Assembly (NCBI GenBank): GCA_965216755.1
Contig: CBDCGL010000011.1
Location: 704,001 to 768,000 of the forward strand
Source: Alphaproteobacteria bacterium
GTDB taxonomy: Bacteria; Pseudomonadota; Alphaproteobacteria; UBA7887
Length of the DNA stretch: 64,000 nt
Direction: 5' to 3'
Part shown: one piece after another, positions 27,411 through 37,079 of the stretch
Layout of the letters: every line of letters starts with the position of its first letter
How positions within the stretch are numbered: position 1 is the stretch's first letter
Notes under the pieces: model-generated
Told to the model about the DNA's origin: nothing
Database searches by the model: none
What the model saw: only the letters and a program-made list of their open reading frames with translations
Program-made: the position numbers and the translations under genes

Positions 27411-27862
27411 GTCTTGTTTCCGGCGGCCAAGTGAATCCCGCGCCGAACCCGGTTAAAAGTGCCGCAGCGGCAGATGTTGGTGATTTCCGCGTTGATATCT
27501 TCGTCAGTCGGACTTGGTGTCTTTTCCAGAAATGCCGCCACCGCCATGATCATGCCGGTTTGGCAGTATCCGCATTGGGGCACGTCCAGCTCTGCCCACG
27601 CCTGTTGGACTGGATGGTTGCCGTCCGCGGAAAGCCCCTCAATCGTGACGATTTCCTCATTTTCCGTGAGTGCGTCAGCGGGCATAACGCAAGAGCGTAC
27701 GGCTTCACCATCGATATGCACGGTGCAGGCGCCACATTGCGCGATACCGCAACCGTATTTGGCGCCTGTGAGATCCAAGTGATCCCTGAGCACCCAGAGT
27801 AGAGGGGTGCCCGCGTCCACGGTCACATCTACGATCTGTCCGTTCACCTTTAATTTGGCCAC
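27407..27862 (-). CDS. IorA-like 2x[2Fe-2S] subunit
   Basis: TPLLWVLRD, KYGCGIAQCGAC, VPQCGYCQTG, NICRCGT. Confidence 0.95.
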   Translation of the reverse strand: MAKLKVNGQIVDVTVDAGTPLLWVLRDHLDLTGAKYGCGIAQCGACTVHIDGEAVRSCVMPADALTENEEIVTIEGLSADGNHPVQQAWAELDVPQCGYCQTGMIMAVAAFLEKTPSPTDEDINAEITNICRCGTFNRVRRGIHLAAGNKT

Positions 27863-28376
27863 GTCTTAAATCTCCCTCTGCGCAACGGACCACAGCACAT
27901 GCGTTTGCCCGTTGATGCGGCGCGCGATGACAACAAGGCTCACCAGCCAATCAGGGTGCTGAGTCGCTCGATATAGCTCGGGTCCGCGCACGATCCGATT
28001 GCGAAGCTTGCTCGATACACAATACAACCTTGGCGCAAACTGGAAAATCACCGAAAAGTTGAGACCTGTATCGATTTTATATGTGCATCGGTGATGAGAT
28101 TCATTGAACGCAGTACGGTGTCAGTCCGAGTTTGGATCAATTGCATCAAGATGCGCGGACGGCCGACCGAGAAATTCAGTGGTAGATAGGGTACTGCTCC
28201 GACGAGTTCATCGGGCGGCGCATTTCTCGTTCGCGCTTTCGCATGGCCAGGTAAACATTGAGTTCCATTTCACGATGAATACGATGGGTCGCACGTTCTT
28301 TTGACCTGTTGTGGATCGCCCTAGAATTATTAAGGACGCTTCTTAATCTGCCGCACGCTCGGAAATCGGGTGAAGG

Positions 28377-29909
28377 TTGCGGCCAAACGTGGGGACCGGC
28401 GGCTTGTTTCGATACTTAATGCTATGCCTGATATTGCTTGCCGGAAGTGGGATTCATATCGCTGCGGCCGCCGATAATCTGCGGCCGTTGATACCGCTTA
28501 ATGAAAATGACGTCTGGCGCCCGGGCGAAGGCAACTACGCGGGCGAATTTAACCGTTGGCTATGGGAAAACTTTGGTGCGCCGCGGCCCATCAGCCATGC
28601 GGTGCCAGAAGCCGTGTCGGCGGACATGGCGACGACGTTCTCAAACAGCGATCAAGCTTTTTCCGCACCGCTGATCAGCCTTGGACCCAATGATCTGCGG
28701 GCTTTTGCATTCGGTCGCCATTTGTTTCGTCGCAACTGGGTCAGTGCCCCAGCGGCCCTTGAGAACCTCGATGGCCTTGGACCGACGTTCAATCGACGCT
28801 CCTGTGTTGGGTGTCATACGCGGGATGGTCGCGGTCGGCCTCCGAGCGCGGCGGATGAGCCCATGAATTCGATGTTGGTGCGGGTCAGCCTGCCAGGCAC
28901 GGATGTTCGTGGTGGCCCGGCGCCACATCCACTTTACGGCACACAATTGCAGGACAAAGCGGTTGGCGGTGTTCCCACGGAGGGACGCGTCACGATCCGG
29001 TACCGCGAGATCGCGGGAACATTCGCGGATGGAGAGCCGTATTCCCTGCGCGCGCCGATCTATACTTTTGCCGAGCTCAGATATGGGCCAATCGGTGACG
29101 ATGTGCTGTATTCGCCGCGTGTGGCGCCAGCAGTTTATGGTCTCGGGCTCCTCGAAGCGATCGATCAAGCGACGATCGAAGCGGCCGCTGATCCCGAAGA
29201 TGCCGACGGTGACGGCATATCGGGAAAAGTAAACCGAGTTTGGGATCCCGTATCAGGTAAAACCGAATTGGGTCGGTTCGGTTGGAAGGCGAATACCGCC
29301 AACCTTCGCACGCAGGTTGCCGCCGCGGCAGCTGGTGATTTGGGAATTACGACCTCTGTTTTTCCGGGGAACAACTGTCCGCCCGTGCAGAACGCTTGCG
29401 TGGATGCTCCGGCCGGAGGCGATCCGGAATTAGACGATGCCGGCCTTGAAAAGTTGGTTCTATACGCGCGCTCTCTCGGTGTGCCCGCCCGGCGCAATGT
29501 GGTCGCGCCCGAGGTACGACGTGGTGCCGAAATGTTCGAGGACGCCGGATGCACGGGTTGCCACGCGCCACAACACACGACCGGTGCCAGTCCAGCCGTC
29601 CCCGAGCTCGCCGAACTGATAATTTATCCGTACACCGACCTTCTGCTGCACGACATGGGCGAGGGGTTGGCCGATGGGCGACCCGACTTCGAGGCGTCTG
29701 GCAGCGAATGGCGCACGCCAGCACTCTGGGGCATCGGATTGGTCGAGCGTGTCAATATGCACCAGAACTTCCTGCACGACGGACGCGCGCGCGGTCTGAT
29801 GGAGGCTGTGCTTTGGCATGGAGGTGAAGCTGCGGCTGCGCGCGACGCGGTTCTGGCCATGCCCAAGACCGATCGCGACGCCTTGGTCTCTTTTCTCGAG
29901 TCGCTTTAA
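28377..29909 (+). CDS. Di-heme oxidoreductase/putative peroxidase family protein (DHOR, DUF1111)
   Basis: DGLGPTFN..SCVGCH.RDGRG, GLGLLEAI, GRFGWKA, CTGCH, YTDLLLHDMG, EWRTPALWG, LHDGRAR, WHGGEA. Confidence 0.92.
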   Translation: MRPNVGTGGLFRYLMLCLILLAGSGIHIAAAADNLRPLIPLNENDVWRPGEGNYAGEFNRWLWENFGAPRPISHAVPEAVSADMATTFSNSDQAFSAPLISLGPNDLRAFAFGRHLFRRNWVSAPAALENLDGLGPTFNRRSCVGCHTRDGRGRPPSAADEPMNSMLVRVSLPGTDVRGGPAPHPLYGTQLQDKAVGGVPTEGRVTIRYREIAGTFADGEPYSLRAPIYTFAELRYGPIGDDVLYSPRVAPAVYGLGLLEAIDQATIEAAADPEDADGDGISGKVNRVWDPVSGKTELGRFGWKANTANLRTQVAAAAAGDLGITTSVFPGNNCPPVQNACVDAPAGGDPELDDAGLEKLVLYARSLGVPARRNVVAPEVRRGAEMFEDAGCTGCHAPQHTTGASPAVPELAELIIYPYTDLLLHDMGEGLADGRPDFEASGSEWRTPALWGIGLVERVNMHQNFLHDGRARGLMEAVLWHGGEAAAARDAVLAMPKTDRDALVSFLESL

Positions 29910-29987
29910 ACAAGGCGAAGTCGAGTTTCCGGTAACTATGTGCCGCCGAGCCCATGGTCTACAGTATCGGTAAGGCGCCAAGCGCGA

Positions 29988-30608
29988 CTACGTCCTCGCC
30001 GGAATAAGTGCATCGTCGATTTCGGTGGCACGGCGATAGGCATGTCGATCGCTGACGCGCGCCCAATAGGTTTCAAAGCAGGGGCGCTTCTCGACCGATT
30101 CAAAATGCATGCCCCAACCGATGTGAAATCCCACATAGATATCGGCCGCGGAAAACTGATCTCCGGCGATATATGGCCTCCCCTCGACAGCTTGTGCCAG
30201 CGTGTCCATTACATTTTCGAATCTACCGTAACCAGCCATGCGTTCTTTTTCGGGTGGAACGTCGAAACCCAAGGCACGATTGGTAATCGCGGCCTCCAAC
30301 GGACCCGCGGCAAAAAATAGCCAGCGATAGTACGGTCCGCGGGAACCCTGCGGCGGCGCCAGCTCGGCTTCGGGAAAGGCATCGGCCAGATAGGCACAGA
30401 TCGCGGGGCATTCCGTGACGACCATATCATTGTGACGAATGGTTGGAACCTTGCCCATGGGATTGATAGCCAGATAAGGAGGAGCCTTCATTGTCGTGCC
30501 GTATTCGAGCAGCTCCGTGCGATACGAACAGCCGACTTCTTCGAGCATCCAACGAACGATGCGACCGCGTGACATGGGGTTTGTATAGAATAACAGGTCG
30601 TCTGACAT
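29988..30608 (-). CDS. Glutathione S-transferase family protein
   Basis: YTNPMSRGRIVRWMLEE, INPMGKVP, TECPAICAYLAD, FSAADIY. Confidence 0.95.
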   Translation of the reverse strand: MSDDLLFYTNPMSRGRIVRWMLEEVGCSYRTELLEYGTTMKAPPYLAINPMGKVPTIRHNDMVVTECPAICAYLADAFPEAELAPPQGSRGPYYRWLFFAAGPLEAAITNRALGFDVPPEKERMAGYGRFENVMDTLAQAVEGRPYIAGDQFSAADIYVGFHIGWGMHFESVEKRPCFETYWARVSDRHAYRRATEIDDALIPART

Positions 30609-30706
30609 TGCCGCCCAATTTCAAATATGAGTGTGGCACTTTATCGCGGATTATCTGGTATAGAGCTTTCGATAACTGTCGCGCGATCGAGATTTCTAGA
30701 CCGTGC

Positions 30707-31471
30707 TCAATGGTTCCACCATGGCAGGTCCGAAAACGAGCGCAGGTCCAATTCGTGGGTCCAGACCGAGCGATGCTGTTGGGCGATATGAAAGTATGTC
30801 TCGGCAATTTTTTCCGGCAGCAATAGCCCGTCGTGTTCCATGCCGCGTTCTTCGCGCAGCTTTTGGAATTGCTCCGGTCCGAGCATGCGCCCTAAGGTAT
30901 CCGGCGCGTCGACCGCGCCGTCGATGATGATATGCGCGATGTGAATCCCCTTCGGAGCGAATTCCGCATTGAGCGACTGGCAAAGCATGCGCCGTCCACC
31001 CATCGCTGCGGCGTGTGAATGCTGCGCCTTGTTGCCCCGGACCGCGGCGGTCGACGATGTCACCAAAATGGTTCCTCTGCCCCGCGCCTCCATGAGCGGG
31101 CAGGCCGTTGCGGCGACGCGAAACAAGGCGAATGTCGCCATGCGCCAACCCCGCTCGAATATTTTGTAGCTGGTGTCAGATAGAGCGCGGTCACCGACCT
31201 GCGCGCCGAGATTGAATACGACCACTTCGATGGGACCAATCTCCGCCTCGACCGCGGCAACGCGTTCCTCGATGCTGTTGGGTTCCACCGCATTCAGCAA
31301 GTAGCCGGACGCCGCACCGCCTTCGCTTTCGATGCCGTCTACAAGCCGTTTCAGTCCGTCTTGGTCAGTGCGGCGACAAAGAACAGCATGATAACCTTCG
31401 CGTGCGAACCGTTTTCCGACAGTGCCGCCAATGCCGGCGCCGGCGCCGATAACCAAACAAACAGGTTTCAT
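30707..31471 (-). CDS. Short-chain dehydrogenase/reductase
   Basis: VIGAGAGIG, FNLGA, IHIAHIIIDGAVD, WTHELDLR. Confidence 0.92.
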   Translation of the reverse strand: MKPVCLVIGAGAGIGGTVGKRFAREGYHAVLCRRTDQDGLKRLVDGIESEGGAASGYLLNAVEPNSIEERVAAVEAEIGPIEVVVFNLGAQVGDRALSDTSYKIFERGWRMATFALFRVAATACPLMEARGRGTILVTSSTAAVRGNKAQHSHAAAMGGRRMLCQSLNAEFAPKGIHIAHIIIDGAVDAPDTLGRMLGPEQFQKLREERGMEHDGLLLPEKIAETYFHIAQQHRSVWTHELDLRSFSDLPWWNH

Positions 31472-31478
31472 GTGTTCG

Positions 31479-32660
31479 TCAATCCTTCCCAAAGACTGTC
31501 AAACTGGTGCGGTTTGCTGCGATGAAGTCCCAATCGTAGTTAACCCCCAGGCCGGGGCCCTCTGGCACTGGCACGCACCCGTCTGATCCAATGCAATCGA
31601 GTTGGTCGGAGTAGCCGCACGCATAGACCGGCGGCACCGCATTTGGGCAATCCGGCCCGACCAGTGCAACCTCATAGAAATTTGTGTTGCGCATAGCCGC
31701 CATGACGTGGCGGTGCGCTGGGCCGCTGGCATGCACTTCGACATCGACACCAAAGGCTTCGCCGAGATGGGCGATTTTCATGCAGCCCGTGATGCCCATG
31801 TCATATTCGGGATCGGATCGGAGGAAGTCGGTTCCGCCCGCGACCAAGAAATCCGCTTTCGGTTCGACGCCCCTGACGTGTTCGGTTTGCAGCAATGGCG
31901 TCCGGATCATTTCGCGCAATTTCTTGTGTGCGAAAGCAGAAACTCCGGAATCGCGAAATGGATCCTCGTACCAGAAATATCCGCCTTCATCGCATGCACG
32001 GCCAACAAACAGTGCGTCGGCAAAGGTGCGCAAGGTACAAGCGGGATCGAGCATTAAGGTCATGCGCGAGCCGACAGCCTTCGCCACATGCAGAACGTTA
32101 TCGGCTTCCTCGCGCGCGTTGCCCTCCAGCCAGCCGTGTATCTTGAATGCGCGATAGCCCATTTCGTAGCTTTGCTCGGCGAACGCCGCATACGCTTCTT
32201 TGCTGTCCAGACCGCCATTGCGATCGCCGAGATAGGTGGATGCGTACGCGGGCAAGCGTTTCCGATAACCACCCAGCAAGGTCGATATGGAACAGTCGAG
32301 CTGGCGTCCTTGCCAGTCCCACAGCGCTATGTCCAGGGCACCGTGGCCCATATGATCAAATTGACGCACCTGCCATTTGAGGTCGTCATAAATGGCCTCA
32401 CGCTGTTCCGCATGGCAGCCAATCAGTCTGGGAGCGAGCATCTTGGTCTGCGCCAGACTTGCCGCCGACGCGACCCAATGCGTGACATATTCGCCCGGGC
32501 AGCCGTCCGTTGTCACAATCCGCACGGCGTATTTTGGCAGACGTGTGACGGCGCCTTTGACATAGGTGACGCTGCCAACGGTCTTTGCGTCTGACATTTG
32601 GCCGAGGTTGACGGCATCAAACTCGAACTCGTGGATTTCGACGCGGCTGATAAGCGTCAT
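31479..32660 (-). CDS. Mandelate racemase/muconate lactonizing enzyme (enolase superfamily) protein
   Basis: ALDIALWD, LPAYAST, AFKIH, LMLDP, WYEDP, QTEH, EVH, PEGPGLG. Confidence 0.92.
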   Translation of the reverse strand: MTLISRVEIHEFEFDAVNLGQMSDAKTVGSVTYVKGAVTRLPKYAVRIVTTDGCPGEYVTHWVASAASLAQTKMLAPRLIGCHAEQREAIYDDLKWQVRQFDHMGHGALDIALWDWQGRQLDCSISTLLGGYRKRLPAYASTYLGDRNGGLDSKEAYAAFAEQSYEMGYRAFKIHGWLEGNAREEADNVLHVAKAVGSRMTLMLDPACTLRTFADALFVGRACDEGGYFWYEDPFRDSGVSAFAHKKLREMIRTPLLQTEHVRGVEPKADFLVAGGTDFLRSDPEYDMGITGCMKIAHLGEAFGVDVEVHASGPAHRHVMAAMRNTNFYEVALVGPDCPNAVPPVYACGYSDQLDCIGSDGCVPVPEGPGLGVNYDWDFIAANRTSLTVFGKD

Positions 32661-32844
32661 TGGGGCCTTCCATTCTTGCGTTGCATGGCGTGGCGATAAG
32701 GCGCGAAACGGGGCATAAAGTCAATGTCACGCCCAGTACCCGGACCGCTCCAGCTGGATCGCGTTCCAATCGTTGTACAAGATGTTGCGCGAACTGGACG
32801 ACCAACCCGGGATTCTGAGATGATGACTTGCTACAAGCCTAGGA

Positions 32845-34158
32845 GTGATCATGCATAGGAACAAGGGGCGATCCAGGCCGGCGTCCGGGCTGTTCGAGAC
32901 GTTCGAAAAGGACGCGGCGCAAGCTGATCGGGATTTCTTCGGGCGCATTGCCCACCCGGACCGCCGCGGTTTTCTGCGCGATGCCGGATTGTTGACGATG
33001 AGTGGGCTGCTTGGCGCCACGATACCATTTCATCGCACCATGCCGGCCGGTTTTATTCCGGTAGCTTTGGCCCAAGACGCTATGTTGGAGGGCAAGGATG
33101 GTTTGACTTTGCTGAACGATCGGCCGATCAATGCCGAGACACCGCCGCACTTGCTCGACGATCCGATCACGCCGACCCACCGGCATTTCATTCGCAACAA
33201 TGGCGTCCCGCCAGAAACCGCGGACGCTGCGATGTGGACGTTGACCATTGATGGGCTGGTCGACAACCCCATGACCCTGTCGATCGCTGATTTGCGCACT
33301 GGGTTCGAAACCGTCAGCCTGGCCCTGACCATCGAGTGCGGAGGCAACGGTCGTGCCTTTTTTGATCCACCCGCGAAAGGCAACCAATGGACGTATGGTG
33401 CGGTGGCCTGTTCCATGTGGACCGGTGTGCGTCTGAAGGATGTTTTGGCGGCCGCTGGCGTAAAGGATGGTGTGGTTTATACCGCCCATTTTGGTGCCGA
33501 CGCGCACCTGTCTGGAGATCCTGACAAATTGCCAATCTCGCGCGGCGTGCCGATCGCCAAGGCAATGAGCGATACGGTGTTGATTGCGTTCGAGATGAAT
33601 GGCGGGCCGCTCCATCCAATGAACGGCGCGCCGCTGCGGCTGGTTGTGCCGGGGTGGCCGGGGTCCTGCTCACAAAAATGGCTCAGGCGTGTAACCCTGC
33701 GTGACATAGTCCATGACGGTCCGAAGATGACGGGCACGTCGTATCGTGTGCCCAATCGGCCCATTGCGCCGGGCGAGGATGTCGCCAAGGAAGACTTCGC
33801 CATTATCGAACGCATGCCTGTGAAATCCTTGATCACTAGCCCCGCGACAGGCACAGAAACAAACGGCCGGACAATTGAAGTGCGCGGCCACGCGTGGTCC
33901 GGTGATCGCGATATCAGCCAAGTCGAAGTGTCGATCGATTTCGGCGCGACCTGGACAAATGCGACGGTCGACGGACCCGTTAATGCCGGTGCCTGGCAAA
34001 ACTGGCGCATAAACGTTGAATTTCCGCAGGCGGGATACTACGAGGCTTGGGCGCGTGCAACCGATAGTCATGGTGTCGCGCAGCCCCATGCCATCGCGTG
34101 GAACCCCAAGGGATATCTCAACAACAGCATGCACCGTGTTGCGATTCATGTCGTTTGA
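32845..34158 (+). CDS. Periplasmic sulfite oxidase family molybdoenzyme (SorA/SoxC-like)
   Basis: Tat RRGFL; FIRNNG, ECGGNGR, WTGVRL, GAPLRLVVPGW.G..SQKW, ARATD, WNPKGY. Confidence 0.93.
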   Translation: MIMHRNKGRSRPASGLFETFEKDAAQADRDFFGRIAHPDRRGFLRDAGLLTMSGLLGATIPFHRTMPAGFIPVALAQDAMLEGKDGLTLLNDRPINAETPPHLLDDPITPTHRHFIRNNGVPPETADAAMWTLTIDGLVDNPMTLSIADLRTGFETVSLALTIECGGNGRAFFDPPAKGNQWTYGAVACSMWTGVRLKDVLAAAGVKDGVVYTAHFGADAHLSGDPDKLPISRGVPIAKAMSDTVLIAFEMNGGPLHPMNGAPLRLVVPGWPGSCSQKWLRRVTLRDIVHDGPKMTGTSYRVPNRPIAPGEDVAKEDFAIIERMPVKSLITSPATGTETNGRTIEVRGHAWSGDRDISQVEVSIDFGATWTNATVDGPVNAGAWQNWRINVEFPQAGYYEAWARATDSHGVAQPHAIAWNPKGYLNNSMHRVAIHVV

Positions 34159-34501
34159 ATTGCATGTTTTGCGCACGACCTGGATTGCAAAATCTTGCGT
34201 CATGCTATCCGTGGCATGGCTCAGTGTTGCGATGGGCGCAAAAGCACAGAACGACTATGGCGCTTTGTTCGATGCAGAGGGCGTTGAACAGACCTATGGC
34301 TATTGTACCGCGTGCCACTCTGAGATGATCGTGGCCCAACAAGGCTTGAGTCGCACACATTGGGACGAGTTGCTGATATGGATGGTCGACGAGCAAGGCA
34401 TGCCGGAGATCGATGAACCAGATCGCTCGATCGTGCTCGATTATCTAGCGGCACATTATGGGCAGGATCGACCGAATTTCCCCCGCCGCGTGGGCGATTA
34501 A
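34148..34501 (+). CDS. Small monoheme cytochrome c (SorB-like partner)
   Basis: Signal peptide, CTACH, WMVDEQGMP, DYLAAHYG; overlaps the sulfite oxidase stop. Confidence 0.85.
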   Translation: MSFELHVLRTTWIAKSCVMLSVAWLSVAMGAKAQNDYGALFDAEGVEQTYGYCTACHSEMIVAQQGLSRTHWDELLIWMVDEQGMPEIDEPDRSIVLDYLAAHYGQDRPNFPRRVGD

Positions 34502-35127
34502 TCTAAGCCCAGTCCCTGCAGATAAATGAGCACGCCGGCTTCCAGCAGGTCCTCGGGTCGCATCGGGACCTTGCGGCGGGCCGCGTCGCCACGCGCAAAC
34601 AGCGAGGCGATGCCATGTGACAAAGCCCAAACATGTAGGCTCATCATCAACGCCGGCGGGCGTTTGTCGGCCGGCATGGTTGTGCAAATCGCTTCGGATG
34701 CCTGCCTCACGACGGCAAACGCCTGATCGCCAGCGCGCGCCAAGGCAGGGCTGATGTCCGGCGGCAGACCGGCCTCGAACATTGCGGCGTAAAAGGATGG
34801 ATGGTTGCGCGCAAAGGTCAAATAGGCGCGGCCGACATTCTTGAACGCCGTGACCGGGTCGGGCGTGCCGCCGTCCCAAGCGTCGCTCAGGTCGCGCGTG
34901 AAACTTTCAAAGCCGCGCCGGGCGATATCGGCCATTAATGCGTCGCGGTCCCGAAAGTGGCGATAGGGCGCTGCCGCGCTGACGCCGGCCGCCCGCGCAA
35001 CTTCGGCAAACGTGAAGCCTGTCGGACCACGCTCGGCGATCAAATCCAGCGCCGCTTGCACCAGCGCCTCGCTGAGATTTCCGTGATGGTAGCTGTCCCG
35101 ACCACGGCGACGTTTCGACCATGTCAT
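34498..35127 (-). CDS. TetR family regulator with WHG-type C-terminal domain
   Basis: YHHGNL..ALV, VARAAGVSAAAPYRHF, WALSHG. Confidence 0.93.
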   Translation of the reverse strand: MTWSKRRRGRDSYHHGNLSEALVQAALDLIAERGPTGFTFAEVARAAGVSAAAPYRHFRDRDALMADIARRGFESFTRDLSDAWDGGTPDPVTAFKNVGRAYLTFARNHPSFYAAMFEAGLPPDISPALARAGDQAFAVVRQASEAICTTMPADKRPPALMMSLHVWALSHGIASLFARGDAARRKVPMRPEDLLEAGVLIYLQGLGLD

Positions 35128-35144
35128 GTAATGAGTATTTACAT
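35126..35144. promoter_or_regulatory. Palindromic operator overlapping the TetR start codon
   Basis: Minus strand ATGTAAATACTCATTACAT; resembles 14785-14803. Confidence 0.55.
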
Positions 35145-35186
35145 CAATCGGACGCTATGGGCATAGGCGACGGCCGAAAATGTCTG

Positions 35187-37079
35187 TCAAAGCGTCTGCG
35201 TATGGTAATCCCGTTGCACATCGGCACACCAATTTCCGACGTTCCATCGGCCATAGGCACCCATGCCGCCGACCGGGTGGCTGCCGCCATACACCGGCAC
35301 ATGGACGACGCTGAGGCCATCATGGGCAAGGGCCTGTTCAAGCGAGGCGCGCAGCGATTCAATGGTTCTCCCGCCTTTGAAACCGCGTACGCCTTCGACC
35401 GCGGCGGCTAACACGACATAATCGACCGCGACAAGATCGCTGGTTCGGAAACCGTGGCCATATTGCGCCACTTGCAGGCCCGTAATGGCCGCCATGCGCC
35501 GATTGTCGAAGATGACGATCATGGCGCGCAGCCCATGCGCAACGCCGTCGATTAGTATCTGCGGGTTCATCATGAACGATCCGTCACCAGTGAACGCCAC
35601 GCCGTAGCGGGCTTTGTCCGCTAGCGCGCCGGACATCAATGCACTCACGGCGAAGCCCATATAGGACGACCCCGACTCAGTAATTGTCTCGGTTGGCGCG
35701 TCGTCTTCAACGATTTGAAACCCATTGGCCTGCACGTCGCCGGCATCGAAGAATTTCAGCGCACCAATTGATTTGGCGAAATCGCTGACGACTTTTATCG
35801 CCTGGGGTTGGGTGAGGACTGTTTCGTTCCAAGCCTCATCCTTTGGCTGCGCGGCGGCATATTGTCGCGCTTTGAAAGCCACCCATGCCGCTTTTTGCGC
35901 CGCGCATTCGGCCAACCACCCGGCTTTGCCGGACGCCGCGCCGTCAAGGAAAGGCAGCAGACGTTCGATGATGGCGTCGGCGTTCCCCACAAGGGCAAGG
36001 GTATGGTTGTAATGATGGGCGTCATTGAGATCGGCGTTGATATTGATGACGTGGCGGACGCGCGGATAGCCGATTCCGGAGCAATCAGATTGGCAAACGG
36101 CGCGGCTGCCAATCGCGATCAAGAGGTCGGCATTCTCCATCGCAAAATTGCCGCTGATCGAGCCTTTCGATCCGCCAACATGCATATTCTGCGGATGCGC
36201 GTCGGGCAGGACGCCAGTCGAACCCGGCGACAGCACGACTGCTGCGCCGCTGGCTTCGGCCAGCTGGCGGACCAAATCGGCGCTGTGCCGTGCGCCGCCG
36301 CCGGCCTTGATCATCGGCCGTTTCGCCTGACGAATCAGATCCGCGGCGGCGTGATAGCACGCATCATCGGTGGGAGCTGTCGACCGGTGTTCGGTCGGTC
36401 CGGGCAATGCATCGAGTCGAACAGTCACCGGTTGCGGCTGTGTATTGATCGGCAACATGAAGGTAAACGGTCCGGCCTTTGTCGGATGGTTGACTGTGGC
36501 CAAGCCTTGACGAAGAGCTTCCCGCAGGGCGTGCGGCGTATGCAATGTGTAGGAGCGGTTCATCAGCCCAGTAATTATGCCGTACGCGCCCTGCATGGGT
36601 TTCGGCACCTGTTGCATGTTGTAGCCTTCGCCGTGCGTCGTCTCATCGCCATAGATGTGGTAGACGCCGATGCCGTTCGACGCCGCGGCCAGTGAGCCAG
36701 CCATGGATTGCAACGCGCCCGGACCAATAGACGTGACGACAGCGGCGGTTTCGCCATAGGCCCAACGCAGCGCAGTCGCCGCATGCGCCATGGCCACTTC
36801 ATTGCGAAATTGAAAAGTCTGGGTCAGGCCGGCCTGCTCATAGACTCGCAAGACTTCGCCCATATCGGTCGAGCCGTGACCGAAAATGGCCAGATATTTG
36901 GTAACCCCTTGTCGCATGAGCCCGAGCACGAGCGCCTCCGACAAGGTGAGCGTTACTGGCAGAGGGAGGACACCGGCCATCAGCGCGGCGTCCAACTTGC
37001 CCGCGTCGGCGATGGCTTGGGCCCGTGCGGCGATCGACTCGGGGCCGTCCAAGCGATGGTTGGCCGATCGACTAGACAA
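35187..37079 (-). CDS. ThDP-dependent enzyme, IolD-like
   Basis: AIFGHG, FRNEVAMAHAA, TSIGPGA, ThDP motif GDGSFMM...FDN. Start uncertain (TTG 37079 or 37136). Confidence 0.85.
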   Translation of the reverse strand: MSSRSANHRLDGPESIAARAQAIADAGKLDAALMAGVLPLPVTLTLSEALVLGLMRQGVTKYLAIFGHGSTDMGEVLRVYEQAGLTQTFQFRNEVAMAHAATALRWAYGETAAVVTSIGPGALQSMAGSLAAASNGIGVYHIYGDETTHGEGYNMQQVPKPMQGAYGIITGLMNRSYTLHTPHALREALRQGLATVNHPTKAGPFTFMLPINTQPQPVTVRLDALPGPTEHRSTAPTDDACYHAAADLIRQAKRPMIKAGGGARHSADLVRQLAEASGAAVVLSPGSTGVLPDAHPQNMHVGGSKGSISGNFAMENADLLIAIGSRAVCQSDCSGIGYPRVRHVININADLNDAHHYNHTLALVGNADAIIERLLPFLDGAASGKAGWLAECAAQKAAWVAFKARQYAAAQPKDEAWNETVLTQPQAIKVVSDFAKSIGALKFFDAGDVQANGFQIVEDDAPTETITESGSSYMGFAVSALMSGALADKARYGVAFTGDGSFMMNPQILIDGVAHGLRAMIVIFDNRRMAAITGLQVAQYGHGFRTSDLVAVDYVVLAAAVEGVRGFKGGRTIESLRASLEQALAHDGLSVVHVPVYGGSHPVGGMGAYGRWNVGNWCADVQRDYHTQTL

